This document shows positions 40,139-53,584 of a DNA stretch of 64,000 nt, piece after piece. A program made the translations under genes and the position numbers. Source of the DNA: Malacoraja senta. Its lineage: Eukaryota. Positions within the stretch are counted from its first letter, which is position 1. Every line of letters starts with the position of its first letter. A model generated the notes under the pieces. It worked only from the letters and a program-made list of their open reading frames with translations. It was not told where the DNA came from and searched no databases. The stretch covers positions 1-64,000 of the forward strand of contig JAXLNO010000693.1 in assembly GCA_038087875.1 (NCBI GenBank). The letters run 5' to 3'.

Positions 40139-40283
40139 ATTCAACTATAAATTTGTCCACCACTGCTGCAGTCACAGATATTGCACTTGGAATACACTTG
40201 CTTACATTTAAAATACAGCACAACTTTTAAGTAACCTTTCCAAATATAATATTATGGCCACAAAACTCTTCCAATTTTCCATC
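40139..40283 (-). pseudogene. Degenerate duplicate of the NPEPPS exon-10 3' splice-site region plus the first 9 codons (QWWTNL*LN)
   Basis: Direct repeat of ~39437-39577. It shares an identical 30-mer (gaatacacttgcttacatttaaaatacagc) and an identical 20-mer (ttttaagtaacctttccaaa). The minus strand reads cag|CAG TGG TGG ACA AAT TTA TAG TTG AAT, versus the real exon cag|GAG TGG TGG ACA CAT CTG TGG TTA AAT. Confidence 0.88.
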
Positions 40284-41979
40284 TATCCACTCCAAATAAT
40301 TGTTGTTTATTTCACTATTACCCTTTCCAGAACTGCATACATTCTAAAATGGCTTCTTCACCTCTGACAACATGCATGACCACTTCTTTTTGTACACCTT
40401 AAAATAAAATTAGCCAAAATAACTGCCTTTTGCATCTCTCTGAACTATTGACAGAAATGCAAGTTTATCTTAACTTCAATGTTTGAAGGGCTTCAAGATA
40501 CTGAGAGCTGGACAATTTTCCTTCTGATACTTTCTGCCTGAACACATGCCCAGGGTGTCTTTTGGTTCTAAAGAATATTTCGCTAAAGTCACTAAAGTTC
40601 TCCACACCCATCTCCAATTCTGCAAAAATGTGATTGTTCTATGATAATTCTGCAATATATTTCCTTCTTTCTTTCCACATTTCAGCATCCACTAACTGAA
40701 GCGAGGCACCAATACATGACATTTCTTGGATCAAGAAATCCCAATTTAGCTGAGGCAGCATAGCGTTGCAGCAGTTTCTATCATTGCAGATCCCTGGAGC
40801 AATGTAGCGTTTGATTCTGACCTCAGGAGTTGCATTTTCTCCCCCATGACTCATTTCCTGGTTTTATCCCACATACCAAAGACATCTTGATAGATTAAAT
40901 GGCTATGGTAAATGTGCCCTAATGCAGGAATGAGGAGGGGAAAGTCAGCGGCTATGTGCGAGAAAATAAACTGAGGGGCTTCAGGGGAAGAGGATAAAGA
41001 AGGAATGAGACTAATGGGGGCAACTGTATTTCAAAGAAACATAGAAAATAGGTACAGGAGTAGGTTATTCGGCCCTTCGAGCCAGCACCGCCATTGGCTG
41101 ATCATCTAAAATCAGTACCCTGTTCCTGCTTTCTTCCCATTTCCCTTGATTCCGTTCACTTTAAAAGCTATATCTAACTCTCTTGAATACATTAGACCGG
41201 ATGGGTTTATAGCATCTTTCCAAGTCAGTTCTCAAAAGATTAAGAGATCGACAAAAGCAATGCTCCCCATCCATAATTAAGTGATCCAAAAATAATCCTA
41301 TCTGGATTTCAGTCAATCTGTCAACATTGACGAAACTAATTGTTGATCTATACATGGTGCAACCTGGTAACTCTTAACATCTTGACTCTACAAACATTAA
41401 GAAATTAGATGAAATAAGATTAAAAAGGACTCGACTACAACTTGAATCCAATTTCTGGAACTGATAAATGAATTTGGAAAGTGAGCTGCAGCAGGTTTGA
41501 GAGAAGGGCACTGCACCAAACTTGCTTCACCGCACCACCCTGCAGTGAGGAACAAAGCCTTGAAAACAAGCAGCACTTGTCAAGATTTAGAGGATCTCAG
41601 TTGTTCCTTGTAATGGCCAATTCATATAAGCAAGTGCAAACCAAAAAAAGGAGCATCTGTATGCACCTTACAATATGAAGACATACACTGAATATTTATA
41701 TTTGCTTTTGCCCTCAATGCCTTCTATCAGGTCTAATAAAGACAATTGATTTTTTGGCAAACTGTAAAAATCTCAAAAATGAAACAATTTCTTCCCTCTT
41801 TGACTATAGTTATATGATAGATGAAAGCATATAACAACTGTCATTTGATCAGCCATCAGGATATCAAATATGCCAGTAAAATAAATGACACCAGAAGTTA
41901 AAAAAGATGAAAGTGGAAATCTCAGTCTTACTAAAGGAAAATGTAAAATCGAGAAACCCATCCACAATTTAGCGTCAGT

Positions 41980-42450
41980 GTCATATAGTAGAGAAACAGG
42001 GTGTTGGCCTAACTACACCATGCCAACCAAGATGCCCGTTCTACACTAGTCCCACCTTCCCGCGTTTGGCCCATATCCCTCTAAACCTTTCCTATCCATG
42101 CACCTGTCCAAATGTTTTACAAAGTTGTTACAGTACACGCTTCACCTACTCCTCTAGAAACTTTTTCCATGTACCCTTTGTGGAAAACGCTGTCCCTCAG
42201 GTTTTTATTAAATCTTTCCATTCTCATCTGAAACCTTTGTCCTCTGGTTCCCCTACTCTGGGTAAAAGACACCTCTATAAGATCCCTCAGCCTCCCTGGC
42301 TCCAAGAAATAAAGTCCTAGCCTGCCTAACCTCTCAATAGCTCAGGCCCTCAAGTCTTGGCAACATCCTCATAAGTCTTCCCAGCACTCTTTCCAACTTA
42401 GTGAAATGCTTCATACAGCAGGGTGACAAAAACTGAACACAATACTCCAA
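41980..42450 (-). mobile_element. CR1 3' fragment
   Basis: Colinear with 36121-36650. Confidence 0.8.
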
Positions 42451-43974
42451 TTAACCCATTTTTGTTTTAAAGCAAAAAAGCTGAAAACATTCAATGGTCT
42501 GACAGTGTCTGTGGAAAAAAAACTTTCAGGTCAAAGGCTCTTCATTCAGAACTGGGAAAAATGATAAAATATAATGCATTTCAGATTTTGTTTTTTTGTT
42601 TCAGCTTGCCTTACTGAAAACTACACAATAACCCGAGAGTTAGTAACGCTGAGGACTGCTTCCATTAATGGCTAGGCAATTTCATGATATTCCACATCAA
42701 TAAACAAGTCAACTATTAAGCATCGAGTGGGGAGATCAAATCCAATTGCAAATTCTGCATTAAGTTTAAATCACATCAAAGTGAAATATTCGTTTTTGGT
42801 GGTGAAGCAGGAGTGCGAGGAGAATACGGAGATGAGGAAAATATTGAAACTTTGTATTTCAGTGACACACAAATGATTGAAAAATTATATCCCGACAGCA
42901 CCAAATTTGGGTATTTAATGGTAATGTACAAGGGCATGAGAAGGAAAAAAGCAGCCAAAAAGTCCATAAGCGAACAAAAAGAAAAGGACAAGAAAATCAT
43001 TCTGAAAGCTTACTCACAAAGAGAAGTCTATCAACAACAGCCATTGAGAGGCAGACAAATCTGCTCTGCCAGCCAAGTTTAGTTTCTACTTGGCCTAAAT
43101 TGTTTTTCCAAGTCATCACTCACATTTTTACTGCAGATGCACACAGCCAAGCATTCTAACACTGTCAGAGTGGCTACAGATAAAATAGCACTGCATAAAT
43201 TCTGTAGTTTTTAAAGTGTAAACCAAACCTAAAAATGCTTCTGTTCAGCAGCTTAAAGTCTCAGACAGACACAAAGGCAGCTGGAATTTATAAAATCACT
43301 TACATCATGCAGCGTGCAACTTATCGTTGGAATTCAGACCAGACAATGGGATTTAAAGCAAGAAAATACAGCTACTAGCATCACAGTTGACAAGAAGAAT
43401 CAGACATGTATTAAATAAATAAATGGATAACACAAGTACACCAGGAGGTAGTAGGCCATCAAGCCTGCCCCACCATTTAATATGATCATGGCTTATCTAA
43501 GTAGGTCTCAACTACAGTGCGACTTCTCCATTTCCCTCTGTTCCTTGATCGATCAAATGTTAATCCACATCCACGCTAAATACTTCTATTGACGCAGCTT
43601 CCACCAGGGCAAGGAATTCCAGAGATTCACCACTCTCTAGACGAAGACATTTCTACGCATCTCAGTTTTAAATGACAGGCCTTTGTCATGAAGTTAGATT
43701 CTACATTCCAGACTATCCTACTAGTGAAAACATCCCAACACTTACTCTATTCAGTACTGTTCAGTTCTTATATATTTGATTAAGGTCACCCTCATTCTTC
43801 AAAACTCCAAGGAATATAGGCTTCAACTATTTGGTCTTTCTTTGGTGGACTACCCCCTCATCCCAGGAATTAGCATGGTGAATTTCCTTTGGATCATCAC
43901 TAAAGGGTCTTTTTTTTTAAAGATTATCTTCCCCCTACTCCTACTGCACTGCACTGCAGCAACTCACCCACGAG

Positions 43975-44225
43975 GGCCAAGCTAGGATACTGTCCGATTC
44001 ACCACTACCTCATTATGGACATTGGACTTGTGTCTCTGGAACTGGAACGATACAATGCTGAGAATTATATTTGACACTTGTAATCTTTCTTTTTGTTCTA
44101 CCTATTGTAGTCGAGTTTGGCTCTATTGTATTCATGTATAGTATTATCTGATTTGATTGTATAGCATGCATACCAAAGTTTCTCACTGACCCTCGATACA
44201 CACAACAATAATAAACCTAAACCTA
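43975..44225 (+). mobile_element. Rex1-type LINE 3' UTR fragment (related pieces at ~7560-7740 minus, ~14220-14450 and ~62380-62590)
   Basis: Shared tail of the type tttcactgtacctcggtacacgtgacaataaa. The family assignment is tentative. Confidence 0.55.
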
Positions 44226-45409
44226 TCCATTCGGGCCACTGCTCTGAAACCAATTATTTTTATTTCTCTTATTTCCCTCTTAACTTTCAGCAAATGATGT
44301 GGCCTCTTTCCCTGTAACTCAGCCACTGCCCTTCTTGACTCTGTCACGCCTCCCATTTCTCAATTCTGAAGGCACTTGCCCTGCCCACCCTACTAAACTA
44401 TGTACCACATCTCTAACTTAACCATCTCACTCCCTTGCTGCCCAGCAAGGCTAGACTCCCTCGTGACCACACCAGCTACACCATATGCCTCTTTGCATTC
44501 TCTTAAAGATCATCAATTTTTGCTTCCTGACATCAAGCAGAATTATCCCATCTTGCACTTTCACTAACTCCCAGAAGAGGCTTTCCAAAACCATTCAGAC
44601 AATATTCTGCCCGATTTAAAAATAGAGTACATGATTATTTTTATTTGGTCAGATATCATTTGAAATGTACATCCTATTATTAACCAAGGGAAAACAGATG
44701 ACATACTATTTCAAAAGCGAATACATCTGTACCTGATTCTCCATCTGCTGAATTTATTACAATTACACTATTGCAGGGAAATATCGAGACTCCAGCTGCT
44801 GTTTTAATTTAATGGCTCAGTACAAATTCTTATCTTCAATAATGGGACAAAACCCACAAAAATAGCCAGGAAAGCCATCAGACACAAATGGAGACACGTG
44901 CCAATATGGCAATCACCTGCTCGATGCTCCATAGGTACTTGGGGACTAGAACAGAGTGTAAATGAAACCTGCTCTTTGCAAGTAAAAGTCTCGCTATCAA
45001 CAGCCTTTACAAATATGAATAGACAATATAGCATTGTAGAAAAACCTGTCCTGCCAGCCAGCTAAAAATGAGATACGGGTAACTTTACAGCTTTCAAAAA
45101 ATATTAAAATAAAGTTTTCACTTGAAGCAGAATATAGAGTGGGGGATAATGGCATCATTTTTTTTTAAAGCTATATTTTGTACTTTGGACTTTCCTCCAT
45201 AATGTTGAAATATTTCACATAACCAGCAAATGAGATTGGAGTTTGAAAAAACTGAAAGGTCAAATTTATCTTCAAATAAATCTGCAAAGTGTGAATTAAA
45301 GGTACAAATAATAGCAAATGGATCTAATTTAATTGCTGTTATTATAGAAACATGTTTGCATGGTGATCAAACTTGTGAACTAAATATCCTAGGGCATTTG
45401 ACTTTTAGG

Positions 45410-45812
45410 TAGGTCAGGTCGGGGGGGGGGAGTTCCCACCGCCAAGGGTACCATGTAATCCCGTGCTACCTGCTCCATGGTCGGATAGCAGGCGACTAAA
45501 CCGTCTCCCCCACCTGGTTTGCCAGGTGAGGAGGGGGCTGTGGACCCCCAGCAGGACCAAAAACAACACCTGTCAAAGGGCGGATGAGCTTCAAGCGAGC
45601 CAACGGCCATCCACACTTCAGTAGAAGTTGCGATCATTGTCGTACACAACATTGTAAGGAATGATGATAAAGCACATACACCAAAATCCTATACTTCCAG
45701 CGGTGGAAGTCCGTAGGAATTGGAGGACAGAGATGTGTGGTGCGTCCGTCACCGTTCCTGGTGGAAATCAGCACCACTGCGTCGCTAATGTTCTCAACGA
45801 TGCTGATGATGA
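45410..45812 (+). mobile_element. Structured ~400-bp non-coding element, probably a non-autonomous RTE-LINE derivative
   Basis: GC/CpG-rich island in an AT-rich intron; pseudoknot motif cctgct..gtcg..agcaggcgactaa; (gat)n-like 3' tail. Confidence 0.5.
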
Positions 45813-46648
45813 AGGTTAAAGGTAAAAAGATGTGAAGAATGCTGACAAGGGACAGAAAGGACCTTGGCTTAGGAGGTTCTTCTTCAGTATTAGAATCACT
45901 TTTGATGTAATTATAGAGTAGCAGGGACAGAAAGCATTGATGAGAGTTGTTCATAGATCTCCAAATAGTAGTTGTGATGAAGGGTTTCATATACACGTGC
46001 GAATTAAATGCACGTGCAACACAGATAATACAGTAAATCGCGGGGAACTTTAATTTGCATGCAGATTGAACAAACCAAATTGTATTACGAAATAACTTCT
46101 GGAACATGTACAAAATGAATTTTTAGGTCAGTCTGTGGAGGAATTGATGAGGGAACAGCCCAATTTAGATCTTGTTCTGACCATCAAAAGGTAAATTAAT
46201 ACTTTTTTGTAAAAGGGAACCCTAGAAAAGAATGCAAAGTTCTAACAAATTATTATGGTCACTAAGACCACAGCTCACTGTGAGTTGAGAATTCCAAAGA
46301 TTCTCAGCCCTCAGTGAAGAAATTCCTCATCTTCAACTTATTCTGATTCTATGAATGCTGCCCCTTATTCTTAAAATAAGCCTGAATAACATACTTTTAG
46401 TCTGTCTTCGTGGAAAGCTCAAAAAACTTGCCAAAAACACAAAATATTGTAGCAGAAATTGGACATTTAGCCCTTCAAACTTGCTCCACCAATCAATAAT
46501 ACCAACTGAACATCTATTTCAATACTATATTCCTGCTTCCTCCCCATAGTCTTTCATACCCTTTGTACACAGAAATTTAGCTACCTCAAATATATTTAGC
46601 AAATCGGCATTCACAGAAAACAGGGGAGTACAGTCCTGTTAGCCAATT

Positions 46649-46812
46649 GGGTGACATTTCGGGTCGAGACCCTTCTTCAGTTTGAAGAAGGGTCTCGGCC
46701 AGAAACGTCACCCATTCCTTCTCTCCAGAGATGCTGCTTCACCCGCTGAGTTACTCCAGCATTTTGTGTCTACCTTCGATTTGAACCAGCATCTGCAGTT
46801 CTTTCTTACACA
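46649..46812. mobile_element. Short PLE-terminus element whose 5' end is an inverted pair of hammerhead motifs
   Basis: gggtgacatttcgggtcgagacccttcttcag-t-ttgaagaagggtctcggccagaaacgtcaccc. Possible degenerate TSD cctgttagccaatt / cctgtatgcctatt. Confidence 0.8.
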
Positions 46813-49642
46813 CCTGTATGCCTATTAGTGGCCAGCTCTCCACGATCCCATGTGATCTAACTTCCAGGTTATCCTACCATGTAAGACCTTGCCAGAGTCT
46901 ATGTAGCCAAGTCTATTGCCTACATTCGTCAATTCTCTTCATCACCTCTTCAGAATATTTAAATTTGAGATAATTTTCAATGCATGAATATCCTTAACCA
47001 GAATATCAGAATAATGCTGAATATCTCTGATCAATCCTTGCTTTTCCAAATGCAGGTAGTTTCGGTCTCTCAGAATCCCCTCCAGTGATCACCCCACTTA
47101 CCTGGAATTCCCTGACGTGAGCTTGCATCCCGTCTTAAATAAAGGCACTACATCAGCCACCATCTGGTCTTTTGGTCCCTCACCTATACTAAAGATGATG
47201 CAAATATTTCTGCCAGACCTCTGTAATTTATTTCCTAGCATCCCACAATGTACGAGGATTAACATGATCAGGCCTTGTGATTGATCCATTTTAATTTACT
47301 TTAAGACCCATAGGACCTCCTATTTTGTAATGTGGATATGTTCTAATCGAAGGAATAGAAGAGAAACAAAGATGTCTTATCTTACTACAACTAAATGGGC
47401 AATTTGGCTCCATACCCAAAATCATTGCACACAATTTTGGTCTCCTTACCCAAATAGAGATATGTGCAATGAAGGCACGAGTTCATCAGAATGCTTCTTG
47501 CCTGGTAGGGATGTTACATGTGGAGAGGTGAAATTGTCTGGGACTATTTTTCAGAGTATAGAAGACCTCACTGAAACTAACAAATTTGTGCAGCGCTCAA
47601 CTCTGCAGACTCAGGGAGGATGATTCGCTGGCTGAAGTGACAAAACCAAGTTGTGTCATGTCACACACACTCTCTCTCCTCTCTTCCTCCGTTTCCCCCT
47701 CCCCCATTCAGTTCCATCTGCTCATCCCCTACACACACACATCTTCTGGCAATCCTTTCATTTCCCCCAAAACGGTTACTTAACAGATTATGCATCTACA
47801 GCTGCTTATTTCAACTCACCTTCCAACCTCCCTTTTCTCAACCCACCTGCCTCTTTTTTCGACTTCCTTCATTCTCCATCTATCACCCAGCATTTTGTTG
47901 ACTCCACCCCTCCTGCTCCTTGTCTATTATCTCTCCTTCCCCTGGTTCCACTCATCACCTGCCTGCCCCTGCCTCTCATCTCTTTTCCCCCTCTACATGC
48001 TTGAACTGCTGAGCTCCTCCAGCAGTTTGATTTTCTTGTTCCAGATTCTAGCATCTGCAGTCTCTTGTGTCTCCAGCATACATGTGTGAGCTTTGAAATA
48101 AATATACAAATAAGGAGAAGCTGTGTTTTGGATTGAAATTTTAATGAAGCTGAAATCCAAGCCACAAGTATGTGGTGTGGGCACTGTGACCAGAGTTAAA
48201 AAGTCCTTCTACAATGGAAGACATATGGACTTGATTAAAACAGCATTAATATTTTCAGTTTCAAAGTAAATGCTACTTTGGAAAGGATGCAAATCAATGA
48301 TCAGTTTCATCAACACCAATCAGGATGTTATCAAATCCATTTAATTAGGTTATAACCTCTCCTAATTTTAATTTTACACATTCATCAAGCATCTCGTGTT
48401 TGCTCTTCTACACATTTTCAGAGGGGACCAACACTGGGGTAGCAATGGTATTTTCAGGCTGACCACTAGCTACTTGGCTATGAAGTGCATTCAAGATGGC
48501 TAGTGTCAGTAGAGTACTTAGCTACAGTAAACATGCCGGCATGATTTCTTTCAAAGGAGAGTTCAATAGACTACTGAAAACATCCATACCCGTATTTAGA
48601 TAATAAAATGACACCACTATATAAACTGCACAAAAATCTGAACAGACTGCTGACTCAGCAGTAACTTAACCAGATAACTTTTGCTAGACCTAGCAAAAAT
48701 TGTGCTCTGACAAGGGAATGAAAATTGACAGTGCCTTCAACCTGAAACATTAACTTTGTTTCTCTTCACACAGAAATGACCTGACCCGCTGAGTATTTTC
48801 ACATTTACAGTTTTTATTTTACTCTGACAGGGCAACTAACTCAACCATAACACATGCAGCCAGCAACTCTATCAGTTGTGTTCACACACATATCGGCAGA
48901 AATGTTGTTCCATGGGTCAGCAGATAAGACACTGCTTCACATGTAGAGAGCATGCAGGTGTGGGTGCAAGCACAAGAGTTCTCTCATTGGATTCAGCTCA
49001 CCGTCACATAAATTATGGATGTATTCCATATTGAAGAATAGATCTAGAATTTCAGCAAAACAAGACATCAAAACACAGCTTCTCTTGCAAGATCCTGGCT
49101 GACATTACCATAGCAGCTTGGGAAATAGTTACACCCAGGAGCTTAGATACAGCTACAAATTGCAATATATATCCTGAGAAAATAAGTCATAAATTACAAT
49201 ATATATATGTAATATACACCTCAAGAAAATGAGGAGGGACAACAGTTGACCTACTCTCTTCCTTGCCTGGGTGGAGTAAATGGTTTCAATTAGGCAGTTC
49301 CAGTATGAAATAAAGTTATATTTTTCATAAACATAGCAAAAGAAAGACTTTTTTTGTCAGATACAAAGCATACAATTCAAATGGTGCTGAATATAAGTTA
49401 ACAAACATCATTAGAATCAAGGATCAAATCTATTGAAAATTGCAGTGCCTTACCCACCTTCTCCAACTTCCATTACATTTCAAGTTTGAATGACTTTGAT
49501 TTAAAATACAATGATTCACTGGTGCACGGAAATCCTGAGAAGCATGCAAGCCTTTGCCTGGAGACAGGTCTCTTGTTTAAAGCAGAACAAGCTGAGTTTT
49601 CACAAATGCACTCTCTTTATTTTCCAAAGATTAGAATATTAC

Positions 49643-49757
49643 CATAGTGACGAGGTTTCCAAACCACTGATGAGCAAGCTCATGGCCGACTACCAAAGCA
49701 ACCCACTGTTTTGATGATGAGCAGGAATTTTTTGGATCAATCAAGAGGGCCGTTTCT
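49643..49757 (-). CDS. NPEPPS: NPEPPS exon (~9), 115 bp: (R)[38 protein letters not shown], with the HEXXH zinc motif
   Basis: ttttctccag|AGAAACG...ACTATG|gtaata. Contains HELAH. Phase 2-0. Confidence 0.98.
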
Positions 49758-52458
49758 CTGGAGAAAAGAACAGTAAGTGATACATTTCAGTAAACAAGGA
49801 TTGCATCTCAAAAGGTATATATTATTTTTTCCTCATTTGTTTGTGGGATTTGAGGTTTAAAGAGTAGGCTAATATTTAACACCGCTCATTAATTGTGTCA
49901 AACGTTTGCTGGATTATTTCAGAGAGCAGTTAAGAGTATTTTCTTGTGGATATGGATCACATAACACGGTATTGGGAAGAAATAACGGGAACGTCAAAAT
50001 GGTATGATCTTATTCAAAGAGAATTTTAATATACATGGACCAGGAAAATTAGTTGGGCAGGGCTAATTGAGACGAGAGACTCTTGGCACAGCACTCTTTG
50101 GACTCTTAGCTCTTAGTAAGCACAGCGCTCTTGGTTATACTGAACACAATATTGTAACCTAATTCTAACCCCAAAATTGATCAAATACCACACTATAGTA
50201 TCATGGCCATTAATTGTCCCAAAAGCAATTTTCTAATTGATGCTGTCTTCGCTGCAGAGAGATTTGATGAATAGTGAACACCATAATACACATTTGCACT
50301 GAACATTAAGTTACAGAGATCATATCCCACCAATTTAACCTTATCTATAACGAATATTATGCAGATCCAAGTTAGAGCAATAAAGGCAATCAGTTTGATT
50401 ACTGATGAATAGATCAGATTCCAGCTTTGTGATCAATAAACTCAATTAGAGCCCAAGTACAAAAGCTACATCCAGCTTTGCAAATGGGATTAAAATTCAT
50501 GAAAGCTGTCTGCTGCTCCCCACTAGACTGATGGGTTCATGGTTAGTTATTGGTATGACACGGCTGGTCAAGATTCACATCAGGATTGAACACTAACATG
50601 CCTTAGCTTTAATAAAAGTACATCTCTCACCAGGTGTCACTATCTCTCACCAGGTGTCACTGTCTTAGAAACTGATAACTACTTGCTTGGCATTCAAGGT
50701 ACAGATGATATATTAATCTAAAAAAAAAAATAAAAAAAAAGTTGAAACCTAATCCACCAATAGCTTGCTAATGAAAATTGGTCAACACCAGAATTCATCC
50801 TGTTCTTTCTGGTCAGTTGCAGAACAGCAAAATAATTTCTTCCAACTTCAAATTCTCTTTCACATTTTCCGAAAATGCCTCTGATATATATTAGAAGCTA
50901 GTTAACAGGCGCCCTACTTGAATGGCCGTCTCTTCCTTACAAAGATAAAGTTAATACTCAAATTCAGACTTGCTAAAATAAATGTGATAATTCCAACACA
51001 AATAGATTCACACCATGGTGCACAGTTGTGCACCCGCATATCAAGCAAACGGGTGGCAGAAGCAAAATCTTATTTTCTTCACTGCATTATCAAACATCAA
51101 GGAGAGTATTTATAGGAAGGCAATCAGGATAGTTGGGCGTTTTCTTCAGTGAGTGAGGTGGGGGTGGGGGAGAAAAACAAGAGAAAAGATGAAAAATACA
51201 TGTTAAAGTAAATATCTTCCAACATGAAGTGGTCAAATCAAAATGAAATCGAACCGAGAATGGCAAAAGTAACACATTTAAAAATAAGGAAACCAAGGAG
51301 AACTAAACAAGAAATTAGTAGCCGTGGTAGTTCACCTGATCCTTGCCCTGCCACTCAATAATTGTAGTGATCTACCCAAAGTCTCAACTCCTCTTCTGTA
51401 CCAGTTCCGAGTCGTCCTCCATTCCCCAATCTTTCAAAAAGGTATCTCCCTCTTTTTAAAATACTTCCAATGATCTAGATTCCACAACCTTGCACAGTGG
51501 AGAATTCCAGAGATTCACCATCTACAAGAAATATTCTGATGCATCCATTTTAAATTATCTTATAACTATGTTCCTTTGATCGTAGTTCTCCCGTAAGTTG
51601 AATCATCGCGGAATCTACACTGTCATGCCAGCTCAGGATTTTACATCTTTTCAATACAATCATGCACAATTTGCTTCAACTCCAATGAGGTCAAATTATT
51701 TTTAGCTGTTTTTAATAGAGAAACCTAATTTGAGGAATTATCCTAGTGAATCTTTAGTGCCCTGCACCCAAAGCTGCTTTTAATTAAGGGGATCAAAACA
51801 GTACAACAATCCTCTGCACAATTTTCCTTCTCCACTCCTAAACCGCAACCCCCTTACAATAAAGGCCACTCTCTTCCAATGCATTGATCAAATGATAGGA
51901 AAAGGGCATGGTAATTTTTCTCTGCAGCATGACATGAAGGTCTTTTTGATGGGCCATTCCCAGTTAGCAGAATCCATGCAGTAAGAGTGAAAGTCTTTTT
52001 TTTTTTTGCGAAAGGGAAATGGTGTTGCATCAGGTGAATGATTGCAGGAGTTTACTGGTAAGCAAGCGAGATAAAATGAATAATTCTAAAAATAATAAGG
52101 GCTTATGAAATAAATAGTGTCCGATTTTTTTCCAATTAATAATAGGATAGTTAAGAGAGCAGAATATTTCAGATCATAAAATTAAGTTCGAAAAAACTTT
52201 AGAATCTGGAGGCATATTTGTTCTTTACTTATATACTGAGGGACTCGGAGGGTGGTGGTATATGAAATAAGCTGCCAGAGGTGGTCGTTGAGGCAGGGAC
52301 AATAACATTTAAAAGATACTTGGACAGGTATATGGATAGGAAATGGATTAGAGGGATATGGGCCAAATGCAGGCAACTGGGACTAGCTTAGTTGGGGCAT
52401 CTTGGTCAGCCTGGATGAATTGGGCCAAAGGGCCAGTTTCCATGTTGTACGACTATGA

Positions 52459-53402
52459 TGTGTAAGGAGGAACTGCAGATGCCGGTTCAAACCGAAGATA
52501 CACAAAAAGCTGGAGTAACTCAGCGGGAAGGCAGCATCTCTGGAGAGAAGGAATGGGTGACGTTTCGGGTCGAGGCCCTTCTTCAGACTGGTTAGGGATA
52601 AGGGAAACGAGATATAGACGGTGATGTGGAGAGATAAAGAACAATGAATGAAAAATATGCAAAAAAGTTATGATTATAAAGAAAACCGCCCATTGTAAGC
52701 TGTTTGTAGGGTGAAAATGAGAAGCTAGTGCGATTTGGGGGGGGGGGGGGAGAGAGAGAGAGAGAGAGGGGGGGAGAGAGGGGGGGAATGCCAGGGCTAC
52801 CTGAAGTGCAATAAATCAATATTCATATCTTTGGGCTGTAAGCTGCCCAAGCGAAATATGAGATGCTGTTCCTCCAATTTGCATTTAGCCTCACTCTGAC
52901 AATGGAGGAGATAGAGGACAGAAAAGTCTGTGTAGGAATGGGAAGAATTAAAGTGTCCAGCAAACGGGAGATCAGTTTGGTTCACGCGGGCTGAACGAAG
53001 GTTTTCTGCGAAACGATCGCTTATCTGCGTATGGTCTCGCCGATGTATAGGAGTCCACATCTTGAACAATGGATATAGTAGATGAGGTTGGAGGAGGTGC
53101 AAGTGAACCTGAAAGGACTGTCGGCATCCCTGGACAGAGTCGAGGGAGGAGGAAAAGCGGACAGGTGTTGCATCTTCTGCGGGTGCAGGGGAAGGTACCT
53201 GGGTAGGGGGTGGTTTGGGTGGGAAGGGATGAGTTAACCAAGGAGTTGCGGAGGAAACGGTCTCTGCGGAAGACGGAAAGAGGTAGAGATGGGAAAATGT
53301 GGCTAGTGGTGGGATCCCGTTGGAGTTAGCAGAAATTTGAGGATTAGATGTTGTACGCGATTGGCTGATGGGGTGGAAGGTCCTGCCGTTCCTTCCTACA
53401 CA
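52459..53402 (-). mobile_element. PLE 3' part: Cys-rich linker, GIY-YIG endonuclease remnant and terminal repeat with a hammerhead motif (52559-52586)
   Basis: ORFs PGTFPCTRRRCNTCP and DRFAENLRS...AGHFNS...KLEEQHLIFRLGSLQP; minus strand ctgaagaagggcctcgacccgaaacgtc. Confidence 0.85.
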
Positions 53403-53584
53403 TCATAGTCATAGAGTCATACAGCATGGGAACTGTAGAATAGACCATTGTTAGCTAGGGGAAGGTGCCAACAAGGCATACAAAGTAATATTTAATCAGG
53501 AGGGCAGTCAAACCAGACAGAGAACTAGGATGGGGGAAGGGATGGAGAGGGAAAACTAGGGTTACTTGAAATTAGAGAAGTTAA

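Noticed and set aside
39861..40223. 120-aa ORF as a mutually exclusive alternative exon 10
   Set aside because: It is in a different frame. In the NPEPPS frame homology ends after 9 codons and includes a stop, so it is not a full alternative exon.
45634..46113. 159-aa minus-strand ORF
   Set aside because: No recognisable homology, and it straddles a repeat boundary.
50622..50661. 20-bp tandem duplication (similar small ones at ~21576 and ~63826)
   Set aside because: Ordinary slippage duplications.
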